DNA of 64,000 bases from Chlorobiota bacterium (GCA_013152535.1 JAADGE010000001.1:7-64006), one strand, 5' to 3'; shown: positions 19,001 through 29,532, counted from the stretch's first letter. Translations and numbers: made by a program. The notes: a model not told the origin generated them from the sequence alone.

Positions 19001-20695
19001 ATGAAAATAAAAAACAGCATACTTCGCTTAATCATATCTTATACAGCAATCATTGTTTTTGCATGGGTATTATCAATTAAGTTTTTGAGAATAGATTTAA
19101 CTTCGGAAGGCAGGTTTACGCTTTCTTCCTATACAAAAAATATATTAAGAAATTTGGATGATAAAGTTTATGTGAAGGTTTATTTAACGGGAAACGGATT
19201 ACCTATAACACTTAAAAAATATAAACAATATATTAAAGAAGAATTAGATGAATTTAAAGTCTATGCCGGCGATAATTTAGACTATGAATTTATTGACCCT
19301 TCAGAAAGTAAAGATAAAGAAGTCCGTTTCGGATTGTATAAAACTCTTACCGATAAAGGACTGTTACCGATAGAAACAAGCGAAGTTTCCGATGACGGCA
19401 AGACATCAACAAAAATGGTTTTTCCCGGTGCTTTGGTTTCGTATAAAGGAAAAGAAATTGCCGTAAATTTGTTGAAGAATGCAGCCGGTTCGGCTCCCGA
19501 AAGCGAAGAAAATGTTAATAACTCCGTTCAATCTTTAGAATATGAATTAACAAATGCCGTACAAAAACTAAGTAAACAAAAGAAACCTGAAATTGCCTTT
19601 ATAAACGGACAAGGAGAATTAAATGAATATGAAGTTATGGATATATCTTCTGTGTTATCCGAGTATTATACAGTAAAAACCGGAATAATGGGCGGAAAAC
19701 CCGGGATTTTAAACAATTTTAAAGCCATTATCATTGCAAAACCGATGAATAAATTTTCCGAACAAGATAAATTCGTTATTGACCAATATATTATGAACGG
19801 CGGAAATGTGCTATGGATGCTTGACGGAACAAATGTTAATATTGACAGTCTGTTTTTAACGTCTTCGACTATTGCTCTGCCTCTCGATAATAATTTGGAT
19901 GATATGTTGTTCCAATACGGCGTTCGTGTGAATAAAGATTTGTTTCTTGATAAATTGTCATCTCCCATAGGTATTGCAGTTGACGGTACCGACGGAAAAC
20001 CATATATTAAAAATTATCCGTGGTATTATTTTCCCGTTATTGTGTCTGATAATAAACATGTTATTTCAAAATATTTGAATTATATAAAAACAGAATTTGT
20101 AAGTACAATTGATACAGTGGGTAATAATAATAAAATAAAAAAGACTATTTTGCTGAGAAGTTCAGAGAATACTAAACCGGAACCTATTCCGGCAAGAATC
20201 AGTCTAGATCAAGTCAGGTCTATGCCTCCGGATAATGAAATGCACGGCGGGAAAAAAAATATTGCTGTTTTGCTTGAGGGCAGGTTTACTTCTGTATTTA
20301 AAAATCGCCCCGTTGAAAAATATTTTCCGAATATGAGATACAGCGATGTGCTTACTGAAAGCAAACCGGCAAAAATGATTGTTGTAAGTGACGGTGATAT
20401 AATAAAAAATGAAGTATCTTCAAAAGGGCAACCGTATCCTATTGGGTTTGATCGTTATACAAGGCATGTTTTTCAGGGCAATAAAGAGTTTATTCTGAAT
20501 GCCGTAAATTATTTATGTGATGACGGCGGATTAATGACCATTCGTTCACGCGAACTAAAAATGCGTTTGCTTAATCATAATAAAGTTGTTAAAAATCGCT
20601 TTTTAATTCAACTGATAAATGTTACCCTGCCGGTATTACTGGTTGTACTGTTCGGAATTTTAGTTTATTTTATAAGAAAGAAAAAGTACAGATAA
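19001..20695 (+). CDS. gldG: Gliding motility-associated ABC transporter substrate-binding/accessory protein GldG
   Basis: 564 aa with N- and C-terminal TM anchors around a large periplasmic domain. Conserved position after gldF. Confidence 0.8.
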   Translation: MKIKNSILRLIISYTAIIVFAWVLSIKFLRIDLTSEGRFTLSSYTKNILRNLDDKVYVKVYLTGNGLPITLKKYKQYIKEELDEFKVYAGDNLDYEFIDPSESKDKEVRFGLYKTLTDKGLLPIETSEVSDDGKTSTKMVFPGALVSYKGKEIAVNLLKNAAGSAPESEENVNNSVQSLEYELTNAVQKLSKQKKPEIAFINGQGELNEYEVMDISSVLSEYYTVKTGIMGGKPGILNNFKAIIIAKPMNKFSEQDKFVIDQYIMNGGNVLWMLDGTNVNIDSLFLTSSTIALPLDNNLDDMLFQYGVRVNKDLFLDKLSSPIGIAVDGTDGKPYIKNYPWYYFPVIVSDNKHVISKYLNYIKTEFVSTIDTVGNNNKIKKTILLRSSENTKPEPIPARISLDQVRSMPPDNEMHGGKKNIAVLLEGRFTSVFKNRPVEKYFPNMRYSDVLTESKPAKMIVVSDGDIIKNEVSSKGQPYPIGFDRYTRHVFQGNKEFILNAVNYLCDDGGLMTIRSRELKMRLLNHNKVVKNRFLIQLINVTLPVLLVVLFGILVYFIRKKKYR

Positions 20696-21009
20696 GAATT
20701 CGCTTCGAAAAAGATAAAAAATGCGATTTTACTTTTTGTGACTGAATATCTTGTAATTAATATTTCTTTTTCTAAATCACCATTTTGATAACAGTTTGGT
20801 ATCATCTGTTAATTTCGGGAGTTGCTCTGCTTGTTTTCTTAAAAGATAACTTTCCAATTTCTTTATTTATAAAAAACTTCTGAAAGATACCTCTTTTTTA
20901 TATCAATGTAACATTCTTTTTAAAAGCATTTAGATTGATTTCATCAATATCTTGAAACTTATTTTTTAAATTAACGTATTATTATATATAACAATAAGAT
21001 TTTTATTTT

Positions 21010-21246
21010 ATGAGATTTCAAATAAATCCGGATATAATCAATCGAACAATTTGTGATAAAGATTTTATATGTTTACAAGAAAATTCTAAAAGTAATATTT
21101 GCAGTATTAAATATTGTTTTGAAAATGAATTCTGCCTCACGGAAAATGTAAAATTCGGTACTTGTATCAATAGTTTTTATTTCGGTAACGAAAAAATGTG
21201 TAAATGCCCGGTACGTATTGAAATCTATAGTAAATACGGTATTTAA
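21010..21246 (+). CDS. Small Cys-rich hypothetical protein (78 aa, 8 Cys)
   Basis: Intergenic ATG-initiated ORF in an otherwise stop-rich AT region. Cys at 15, 21, 31, 36, 42, 52, 64 and 66 (ending CKCP). No signal peptide. The antisense ORF 21073..21312 looks like its shadow. Confidence 0.4.
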   Translation: MRFQINPDIINRTICDKDFICLQENSKSNICSIKYCFENEFCLTENVKFGTCINSFYFGNEKMCKCPVRIEIYSKYGI

Positions 21247-21269
21247 TGAGATAATAATATTCAGGATTA

Positions 21270-21302
21270 TTTGTTCTAAAAAAATATTTTTCCGTAAATT
21301 TG
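21270..21302 (+). promoter_or_regulatory. Candidate promoter for the histidine kinase gene (TTTG-N21-TAAATTTG)
   Basis: TTTG at 21270-21273, 21-nt spacer, TAAATTTG at 21295-21302, 18 nt upstream of the ATG at 21320. Confidence 0.55.
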
Positions 21303-21319
21303 TAAAAAACATCTGACTG

Positions 21320-24055
21320 ATGAATAAAAAATATCTCTTATTATTTCTGCTTGTTATATTTATTGTTAGTTTTAATAATACGTTTTCACAAAATATTTCT
21401 GATTCAATAAAATTTAAAAAACAAATATACTCTGCCGAAAATGATAATCTGAAACAAAAAGCCTTAATTGATTTATATGACTATCAATTAAAATTTAATT
21501 GGTTTGATGCTATAAATACTTGTAAAAAAGGTATTGATTTTTTTCATAATTCAAATGCAGAATATACTTCCTTTTGGTATTTGAAAATCGGTCAAATATA
21601 CATCGAACAAGGTTTGTATATCTTGTCTTTAGTTAATTTGTACACAGCACTGGAAATTGAAGAAAAAAATCATTTAAACAAAGGCGAAACATATCTTTAC
21701 ATTGCAAAAAACTATTACTTACAAAATCATTTTAATAAAAGTATTATTATTTATCAAAAAGCACTTGACGAATTTCATAAATTAAAGAAAGTTAATCACG
21801 ATTTTGCATCCGCAATGATTGCAAAAACCTACAATAAATTAGGAATTGTATATGATTTACAAGGTGATTATACCGAATCCGGTAAATACTTTAAAAAAGC
21901 ATTAAAAATGCGTTTACAAATTAATCGGAAGCAAGATATAATAGATTCATACACATCATTAGGATATTATTTTAATTTACAAAATAAATATGATTCTGCG
22001 AATTATTATTTTACGAAAGGAATTGACAAATGTTATAAATATAATAATTTTCATTATTTAATTGATTTATATTTATTCAGAAGTTCTGTTTATAAAGAAC
22101 AAAAAAATTATCCTATGGCATATTCAAGCTTAAATGCTGCAAAAAAATATGCTTTTGATAAAGAAAAATCCGGTTTAGCACGAATATATTATTATTATGC
22201 CTTAACAGATTTTGCAAAAAATAATACCCTTGCATTCAATAAACATATTGATTCAGCTTTTCAATATGTTGACAGTTTTAATATAAACTCTGTTAAATTA
22301 CGTGCTTATGAACTTATAATAAAAGAAAAAATTAAACTCGGCAACTATAAATCGGCTTATTTACATGAAATTGAATTAAATAAACTGAAAGAAATAAACA
22401 GTAATGATAAACTATTGAAAATTGAAAATGAAGCAAAATCTGAAATTGAAAGAATGAAAGTTTTAAATTTGGAAAACTCAAACAGAACTTTAAAAAGCCG
22501 TAACAGATTACTGCTTATTTCATTTTTTTTCGGAATCCTTTCTTTATTACTTCTGTCGGCAATAATTTTTTTAAACATACGAAAAAATAAACTTTTAAAT
22601 AAACGAAAAACATATTTTAAGACACTTTTTAATATTTCACCGTTTGGCATTGCCGTTATTGATAAATTTGGTAATATCAAAGATGTAAATAATGCATTAT
22701 TAAATATTTTGTACTATCCGTCCTATGATAAAACAATTGAATCAGAGAATATTTATAAAATAAAACCTTTACAATACAGCAGATTTATTGATGATTTTAA
22801 TCGTGTTTTAAAAACCGGAAAGCAATCTGATACCGAATTTTCATATCCTTATTCGTCGGGAAATGAAGTTTTTTTAAGAGCCGTTAATGTACCTATAAAA
22901 AATAATAATGATGAAATTTATTTAGTTTATTCAATTATTGAAGATATTTCGATTCGTAAAAAAAATGAAGAAATAATTTCAAAATTATCGGAAATTGTCA
23001 AACAAAGTACCATTTCTATTCTTACAACGGATAATAAAGGTAATATTGATTATGTAAATCCTTATTTTTCTGAAGTTTTCGGATATACAGAAGCAGAAGT
23101 TTTAGGCAAAAATCCTCGTATTTTAAAATCCGGATTGACACCCGAAGAAACGTACAAAAATTTATGGAAAACGATAAAAAAAGGTGAAACATGGAGAGGT
23201 GAGTTCATAAATAAAACAAAAAACGGTCGAAAAAACTGGGTAAATTCGACTATTTTTCCTTTAAAAAATCAATTAAATAATGTGATTAATTATATCGCCT
23301 TTATTGAAGATATTTCCGAACGCAAAAAAATGCAGGAACTTTTAGAAGAAAATGAGCTAAAACTCAAAGAATCGAATGAGACAAAAGACAAATTTCTTTC
23401 GATTATTGCACACGATTTAAAAAATCCTTTCGGTGCTATTATGTCTTTATCTGAACTTTTATATCAAAACTTTAAAAAATATGATGAAACGAAAAAAGAA
23501 AACTTAATTCGTTTAATTTCGGAAGGGGCTAAAAATACTTATAACTTGCTTGAAAATCTGTTAACTTGGGCACGTTCACAGAAAGGCGAAATTAAATTTC
23601 TTCCTGAAACATTGATAATTAATAAGATAATTTCTGAAAATATCAGTTTATTATCGGATTTGACAGCAAAGAAAAATATTTCGGTAATTTTTGAATCCAA
23701 TCAAGAAATTACCGGTTTTGTCGATTTTAATATGTTGAATTTTATTATCAGAAATTTATTTACAAATGCAATAAAGTTTACACCTAAAGACGGACACATA
23801 AAATTCAGTTTGGAAAAATCCGATAAAAAAATAACTGTTTGTATAGAAGATACCGGAACAGGAATGGATAAAGATCAAATTGATTCTCTTTTTAAAATTG
23901 AACAGACGTCAAGTCAACGAGGAACTGAAAATGAAACCGGAACGGGTTTAGGCTTAATTTTATGTAAAGATTTTATTGGTTTTCATAAAGGAAAAATCCG
24001 AGTTCAAAGTGAACTCGGAAAAGGCAGTACGTTCTGTATTGAAATACCGAGGTAA
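21320..24055 (+). CDS. Sensor histidine kinase (periplasmic TPR domain, TM, 2 PAS, HisKA, HATPase_c)
   Basis: Signal/TM, TPR-like N-terminal half, TM (LLLISFFFGILSLLLLSAIIFL), and two PAS-like blocks. H-box SIIAHDLKNP, N-box RNLFTNAIKFT, G-boxes EDTGTGM and GTGLGL. Confidence 0.85.
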   Translation: MNKKYLLLFLLVIFIVSFNNTFSQNISDSIKFKKQIYSAENDNLKQKALIDLYDYQLKFNWFDAINTCKKGIDFFHNSNAEYTSFWYLKIGQIYIEQGLYILSLVNLYTALEIEEKNHLNKGETYLYIAKNYYLQNHFNKSIIIYQKALDEFHKLKKVNHDFASAMIAKTYNKLGIVYDLQGDYTESGKYFKKALKMRLQINRKQDIIDSYTSLGYYFNLQNKYDSANYYFTKGIDKCYKYNNFHYLIDLYLFRSSVYKEQKNYPMAYSSLNAAKKYAFDKEKSGLARIYYYYALTDFAKNNTLAFNKHIDSAFQYVDSFNINSVKLRAYELIIKEKIKLGNYKSAYLHEIELNKLKEINSNDKLLKIENEAKSEIERMKVLNLENSNRTLKSRNRLLLISFFFGILSLLLLSAIIFLNIRKNKLLNKRKTYFKTLFNISPFGIAVIDKFGNIKDVNNALLNILYYPSYDKTIESENIYKIKPLQYSRFIDDFNRVLKTGKQSDTEFSYPYSSGNEVFLRAVNVPIKNNNDEIYLVYSIIEDISIRKKNEEIISKLSEIVKQSTISILTTDNKGNIDYVNPYFSEVFGYTEAEVLGKNPRILKSGLTPEETYKNLWKTIKKGETWRGEFINKTKNGRKNWVNSTIFPLKNQLNNVINYIAFIEDISERKKMQELLEENELKLKESNETKDKFLSIIAHDLKNPFGAIMSLSELLYQNFKKYDETKKENLIRLISEGAKNTYNLLENLLTWARSQKGEIKFLPETLIINKIISENISLLSDLTAKKNISVIFESNQEITGFVDFNMLNFIIRNLFTNAIKFTPKDGHIKFSLEKSDKKITVCIEDTGTGMDKDQIDSLFKIEQTSSQRGTENETGTGLGLILCKDFIGFHKGKIRVQSELGKGSTFCIEIPR

Positions 24056-24059
24056 TAAA

Positions 24060-25953
24060 TCAGAATGTTTTTACATTATCTTCCGGATAAGCATCCGGTG
24101 TGGTTTCCGTATCTAAAATTATTTTTTGCAAACCTCCTGAATGAATTTGAATTTTATAAGTTTTAATATTGTTTTTCCAAATACTCATTTTAAAATCAAA
24201 TTGCTTTGTTTTTCCGGTTTTATATACGGCGGTTAAATGCACGGGGACCGGAAAGCCTGTTTTGTTTTTTACGGTAACATATACAGCATCTTTTGCAGAA
24301 GTATCAATGTTTTCAATACTTAAATCGGCACAGCCCAAATCGAAAAACCAAGGTTTCCAAAACCAAGCTAAATCTTCGCCGGCAACTTCGTTAAAGGTAA
24401 AGAAAAAATCAAACGGCATCGGGTGCTTACCGTGCCAGCGTTTTGTAAACAAGTTCAGAGCTTTTGCAAACTTATCTTTACCGAGATAGTTGTACAACAA
24501 ATAAAAAGCCGTAGAAGGACGATTATATGAATGAAAACGATATGCATAGCGTCCTACATTATTGGTGTTTATCATCATCGGAACATCATTATAGTTTCCG
24601 GCAGATTTGTTGTATGCGGCAATGTTTCGTTTAAACAAAATATAATCGGGGTCATCCGTATATTTTTCAACAATAAATTGCGGAAAAAAAGTGATTAATC
24701 CTTCATCCATCCAAGCATATTTTTGTTCGTTAAGTCCGGTGTAAAATGGAAAATATGAATGACCGATTTCGTGTGCTGTCAGATAAATCGTAGAAGTATA
24801 GCTGCGAGCTTCACCGCAATTAGTCATGCCGGGAAATTCCATTCCGCCGCCGCCGTTAAAGTCCGTAATTTGCGGATAAGGGTAGGGAATACCCGGAATT
24901 TCTTCCGTATAGAATTTAAGCGTTTTATGTGCAATATCGGCAACTTGTTTAAAATATTCAGAAGTCGGTTTGTAAACGGCATTTATTGAAACTCTTCGCT
25001 TGCCGGATAGAATACTTGTTGCATCCCAATAATACGTTCGGCTCATTGCAAAAGCAAAATCCGGGGTTTGTTCCGATTTGAATTTCCATATATGAAATTC
25101 GGATTTTTTCGGATTTTTTCATAATATCTCCGGATTTTCGGTCTTCTGCCGAAATAATGTGAACGACATCATCCGTTTTTTCAGACTTCTCAAAACGCTT
25201 AATGTATTTATCTGTGTATAAACTGGTTATATTTTGCAAAATGCCGGTTGCCCAAAGTTGGTAATCGCCCGGAACAGTGATACTTACATCAAAATTTCCG
25301 AAATCGTTATAAAATTCCTGATTTCCCGTATGTCCGTGCGTATTCCACCCCACAATATCATCATAAACCGTAACTTTCGGATACCAATAGGCAATCATAA
25401 AATTATCTTTTTCATATGTCCCCATTCGTATCGGAACCGTTCCCGGAAAGGTAAATTCCCAAGATATTTCAATTTTTGCCGATGTTTCGGGATTAATATT
25501 TTCAGGCAGTTTTATTCTTAAAATTGATTGCCTGTTTGAAACCGCATCGGAATTTACTTTAATCAGTTTTCCGTTAAAAACGATTTTTTTGATTTTTACA
25601 CCGTCGGTAATATCAACGGCACCGATATCCCAATCGCGTGCATTTCCTTTTTTAAATATATCCTGATACAGATTAAAATACATTTGTTTCAAAGTGTCGG
25701 CACTGTTGTTTGTGTATGTCATTGTTTCCGTGCCTGAGAGTAATCTTGTTTTCGGATTAAATTCGGCGTTTATTTTATAGTCTGTTCGGTTTACAAAATA
25801 GTTTTTGCCCGGTTTTCCGTCGTAAGAACGTGTTTTGTTTTTATACGCTTGTCGGAGTTCTTTTTGCATAAATAACTTATTCATAGTTATTTGTGAAAAT
25901 GAATTAACACCTGAAAAAATAATTACCGAACAAAATAATAATTTCTTTAACAT
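24060..25953 (-). pseudogene. M1-family zinc metallopeptidase split by a +10-nt frameshift
   Basis: The N-terminal ORF (24958..25953, signal peptide) and the C-terminal ORF (24060..25046, HEIGHSYF...WMDEG = HExxH-E) overlap in different frames. Deleting one copy of the 10-bp duplication at 25101-25120 fuses them: ...GDIMKKSEFHIWKFKSEQTPDFAFAMSRTYYWDA... Confidence 0.85.
25101..25120. repeat. Perfect 10-bp tandem duplication cggatttttt x2 (frameshifting lesion in the M1 peptidase gene)
   Basis: Read directly: gaaatt cggatttttt cggatttttt cataat. Confidence 0.95.
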
Positions 25954-26257
25954 AATCCGGAAGTTTAAAATTTGAATGACAAATTTGCAAAATAATTTTG
26001 AAAATATGTTGATAAATCTACATAAGTTATTTTTTGGCTGACAAATGACAATAATTTCTCAAATTTTTATTAATACTTATTCTGTTGTCAATTGTTCATC
26101 AGTTCAACTTATAAAGTTAAAAAAATATCAAAGTATTTGGTGAACACAATATAAGTTGCTAATTTAGATGTAGTTAAAAAGTTGTTTATTATAGTTGATT
26201 TAATTTGAGTTAACAGAAACACCCTGTAAATCTGTTGTTTCACAGAGTATTTTCTGA

Positions 26258-28636
26258 TTATTTAAAAAAATTACCGATTTTTAAACCAAAATAAACAGTT
26301 CTTGGATTCATCGGTCCGTATATATATCCCGGATCTCGGTCAACTCCGCTGTCAAAATCGCTCTGATAAGAATTAAATATATTTTTTATTCCGGTAAAAA
26401 GTTGTAAAACAGTCCCGTTTAATTTAATATTATACCGTATTTTTATTCCTAAATCATAAAAACTTTTTGATTCTATCAATTTTCCTTTGTCAGGGTCGGA
26501 TATTTGTAAACCAAAATAAGGAATAAGCATTTTTCCGGTATAATTACCTGTTGAAGATATTCCGAGTTTTTTTGACAGTTGCCAATCTAAAGTTAAGTAG
26601 CCGTAATCTTCCGGAGTACGGAAAAACCTTTTTTCATTAAACTCTTGTGTTTGTTCATATTTGTTCTTTTGTATTGTGAAACCTGATTTCAGAGAAAATT
26701 TATCGGACGGTACCACATTCAATTCAATATTTACACCTTTTACTTTTGCCCCTTCTTCTGCATTAATTCGTGTATAAATCACAGTCCCGTTTTCATCAGG
26801 TTCACTATATTCATTTGCAAAAGGATTGTTAAGTTGCGTGTAAAACATTTCAACCAATAAGCCGAAATATACCTTACCTAATTTATTATTGAAGTCGAGT
26901 GATGCCATGTAACTATGACTTGTTTCTTGTTTTAAATCGGGGCTGTTCTCGTGAATTACCTTTCTTGAACCTGATGTTTCAATGTGTAAGTCTTCATCAA
27001 ATATTTGCGGGGCACGGTATCCTTGCGAGTAGCTAATTCGAGCTTGTAAATATTCTTTTATATCATATTTAAAAGTTAGCCGGGGGCTTAACACATTTCC
27101 TGATTTGTCAGAACCGGATTGTTCTTTATCTTCTACCCTGTAATTGTCAAATCGTGCCCCGACAGAAACTTTAAGTTTATTTCGGTTAATTTCATATTGT
27201 GCAAAAATCCCGGCGGTATTAGTAGCTTGATCTGCAACCACAACATTATCGGTATGCGGAACACTGACAATTGTATCGTTAACAACTATTGCATTATTAA
27301 TATCGGCATATCCCAGCTTTTTATCTTTTAATAAAGCTCCGTCGTTCTCAATGCCGATAACTAAATTTGAAATCCCGAATTTTGCATTGTATTGAGCACC
27401 TATTGTATAAGAAAAATCTTTGGTATTTCCGTAATCATTTAACGATTTTTCGGCTCCGTAGTACGAATCTCGGTTTACTCTTTGTCCGGAAGCATAAATT
27501 GAAAACAAATCATTCTTATTGATAAACTGTTCATATGTTAATGCTCCTGTTGTCAAATTATGATTTAATGCTTCAGCAATATTTGCTTCATGAACAGGAT
27601 AATCAAATTTATCTCCGCCTCGTCTGTCTTCTTTTATATTAAAAAAATCGACGGTAAGTTTATTCCTTATTCCGAAGCGGTGGTATAATCGGGTTCCTAT
27701 TGTAGTATTTTTTAAAGAAGCGATTTCGGAAAAATTATCATTATTTGCATCAAACGGTTCTCTGTTGCGATAAAACCCATAAAGAGCCATGCCTGTTTTA
27801 TTATCCGCAGAGACCGAAGATGTATTAAAATTAACAGAATAATCTTGTGCGGTATTTCCTGAGTTTTCCGGACCAACACCAATAAGCCCTGTATTTATAC
27901 CAAATTCATAAGAGTTGTTTATCGGGTCTTTAAGGATAATATTTATTGTGCCGGCAATAGCATTACTTCCGTATAATGCAGAACCGCCTCCTCTGATTAC
28001 TTCAACGCGTTCGATCATATTTGAAGGTATTAATTCCAAGCCGTAAACTCCGGCTAATCCGCTGAAAATCGGACGACTATTTATTAGAATTTGGGAATAG
28101 GGTCCTTCCATTCCGTTCATTCTGACTTGAGAAAAACCACAATTCTGACAATTATTTTCCATTCTTAAACCCGGACAAAAATTTAATCCTTCGCTTAATG
28201 TTACCGATTGAGTTGCCGCAAACAGTTTTGGTGTAATTGTATTAACAATTGTTGAAGATTCTCTTCTGTTTGTTGCGTTTCTGTCTCCGGTAATTACAAC
28301 TTCTTCAAGCCCTAAAACATCTTGTTCTAATTCAAATTTCAGTTCTTTGGTTTCTCCTGCTTTTATTGTAATTTCCTTTTCCCGGGGCTTATAACCTGAT
28401 GATTGTGCTATAATTATCAAATTACCTTCCGGCAGATTTATTAATTGATAATGTCCCGATTCATCTGTTGTTGTCCCAATTGTTGTTCCTTTAACACTTA
28501 CGGTTGCAAAAGGGATATGTTCACCATTGCAAACTACGTGTCCGATGATATTTGCATCAGTTTTTAATTTTTGTGCATAATTAATTTGTGTGAATGACAA
28601 TAAAAGTATTGTCGAAAGAAAAAATATTCTGTTCAT
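26258..28636 (-). CDS. TonB-dependent receptor with N-terminal CarboxypepD_reg-like domain
   Basis: Signal peptide. CarboxypepD_reg-like segment (IIGHVVCNGEHIPFATVSVKGTTIGTTTDESGHYQL). Plug motif IERVEVIRGGGSALYGSNAIAGTINII. Long beta-barrel. Confidence 0.85.
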   Translation of the reverse strand: MNRIFFLSTILLLSFTQINYAQKLKTDANIIGHVVCNGEHIPFATVSVKGTTIGTTTDESGHYQLINLPEGNLIIIAQSSGYKPREKEITIKAGETKELKFELEQDVLGLEEVVITGDRNATNRRESSTIVNTITPKLFAATQSVTLSEGLNFCPGLRMENNCQNCGFSQVRMNGMEGPYSQILINSRPIFSGLAGVYGLELIPSNMIERVEVIRGGGSALYGSNAIAGTINIILKDPINNSYEFGINTGLIGVGPENSGNTAQDYSVNFNTSSVSADNKTGMALYGFYRNREPFDANNDNFSEIASLKNTTIGTRLYHRFGIRNKLTVDFFNIKEDRRGGDKFDYPVHEANIAEALNHNLTTGALTYEQFINKNDLFSIYASGQRVNRDSYYGAEKSLNDYGNTKDFSYTIGAQYNAKFGISNLVIGIENDGALLKDKKLGYADINNAIVVNDTIVSVPHTDNVVVADQATNTAGIFAQYEINRNKLKVSVGARFDNYRVEDKEQSGSDKSGNVLSPRLTFKYDIKEYLQARISYSQGYRAPQIFDEDLHIETSGSRKVIHENSPDLKQETSHSYMASLDFNNKLGKVYFGLLVEMFYTQLNNPFANEYSEPDENGTVIYTRINAEEGAKVKGVNIELNVVPSDKFSLKSGFTIQKNKYEQTQEFNEKRFFRTPEDYGYLTLDWQLSKKLGISSTGNYTGKMLIPYFGLQISDPDKGKLIESKSFYDLGIKIRYNIKLNGTVLQLFTGIKNIFNSYQSDFDSGVDRDPGYIYGPMNPRTVYFGLKIGNFFK

Positions 28637-28740
28637 AATATTATATTTTGTTAATGTTAATAAATTACTTCTTCGGCAATAAAATTTTGAATTACGGATA
28701 GAGCCGAATGACAGAAGTTATAATTATGTAAAAATTAATA

Positions 28741-29103
28741 TTATGAAATCGGAGGAGCCCTTCCTTTATGAAGAATTTCGGATATTAAACTATGTCTTAT
28801 TATAAAATAAAAAGAATATTTTACTTTTTTAATAACGACAAATAAGATAAAATTAAAAAATATAATCAGAAAAAGAATTCTTAAATTTTGAAAGAAGAAA
28901 AATTCAGTATCTGTATGATGATGAGATTTATACGGCTTTGAATCTTCAGATTTATTATATGGATGTGAGTGGGAAATTACAGAACCGTTTGCCAATTTGT
29001 GTGAATGCATAAAAACACCTTTATTGACGATAAACAATCCTATTATTCCAATCATTACTAAAGTAATGAATTTCATTGTTATATTTTTAATAATTTCTTT
29101 CAT
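28741..29103 (-). CDS. Small His-rich membrane protein upstream of the TonB-dependent receptor
   Basis: Two predicted TM segments flank HSHKLANGSVISHSHPYNKSEDSKPYKSHHHTD. An alternative start is the ATG at 29076 (MKFITLV). Same strand as the receptor, 104 nt upstream of it. Confidence 0.55.
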   Translation of the reverse strand: MKEIIKNITMKFITLVMIGIIGLFIVNKGVFMHSHKLANGSVISHSHPYNKSEDSKPYKSHHHTDTEFFFFQNLRILFLIIFFNFILFVVIKKVKYSFYFIIRHSLISEILHKGRAPPIS

Positions 29104-29532
29104 TAATTATATAAATCAGAATATTCCGAATTTATACGGACTAATTTTTAAGTCGATATTCTGCTTATTTGCAAAAACAGATTATGCGAAGACAAAAAAA
29201 TTAACGTAACAGCAATAAATTAAATTTATTTCATTGCGTATTGTTTTAAAATTTCTGCAAACATAAATGTTCCGAAAATTTCGTACAATACCGTGATTTG
29301 GGGATTTTTTCAACTTTTAAACATCCGAAAGATTTTAAAACGTTGAAAATAGCGGAAATGCCGATGTAGAGACAACTTGCGGTTGTTTCGTTGTATTTTT
29401 CTCGGGTTTGAAAAGACGTACGCATTTAGAGACAGCCGCATCATTAAAAAGAGACAAACGCAGGTCTGTCACTTCGGGTTTGTGCATTTTAAAAATTTTT
29501 GCGGTTTAATGAGAAGTCCTGCCGGTGCGTTT

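Noticed and set aside
20696-21009. Possible eroded gene fragments on the minus strand downstream of gldG (for example ...FINKEIGKLSFKKTSRATPEINR*)
   Set aside because: They are short, stop-interrupted, and lack any motif I can assign to a family. The support is too weak to call a pseudogene.
21073-21312. The minus-strand 79-aa ORF overlapping the Cys-rich ORF and the kinase promoter
   Set aside because: Its translation is Ile/Phe/Asn/Thr-rich with no features. It is the antisense frame of the more plausible + strand Cys-rich ORF and covers the kinase promoter.
29104-29532. Cobalamin or TPP riboswitch upstream of the TonB-dependent receptor unit
   Set aside because: Reading both strands, I could not find a B12-box-like GCCACTG core or the TPP CTGAGA...ACCTGATCTGGATAATGCCAGC elements. 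Only unclassified repeats and hairpins are present. These are reported separately at low interest.
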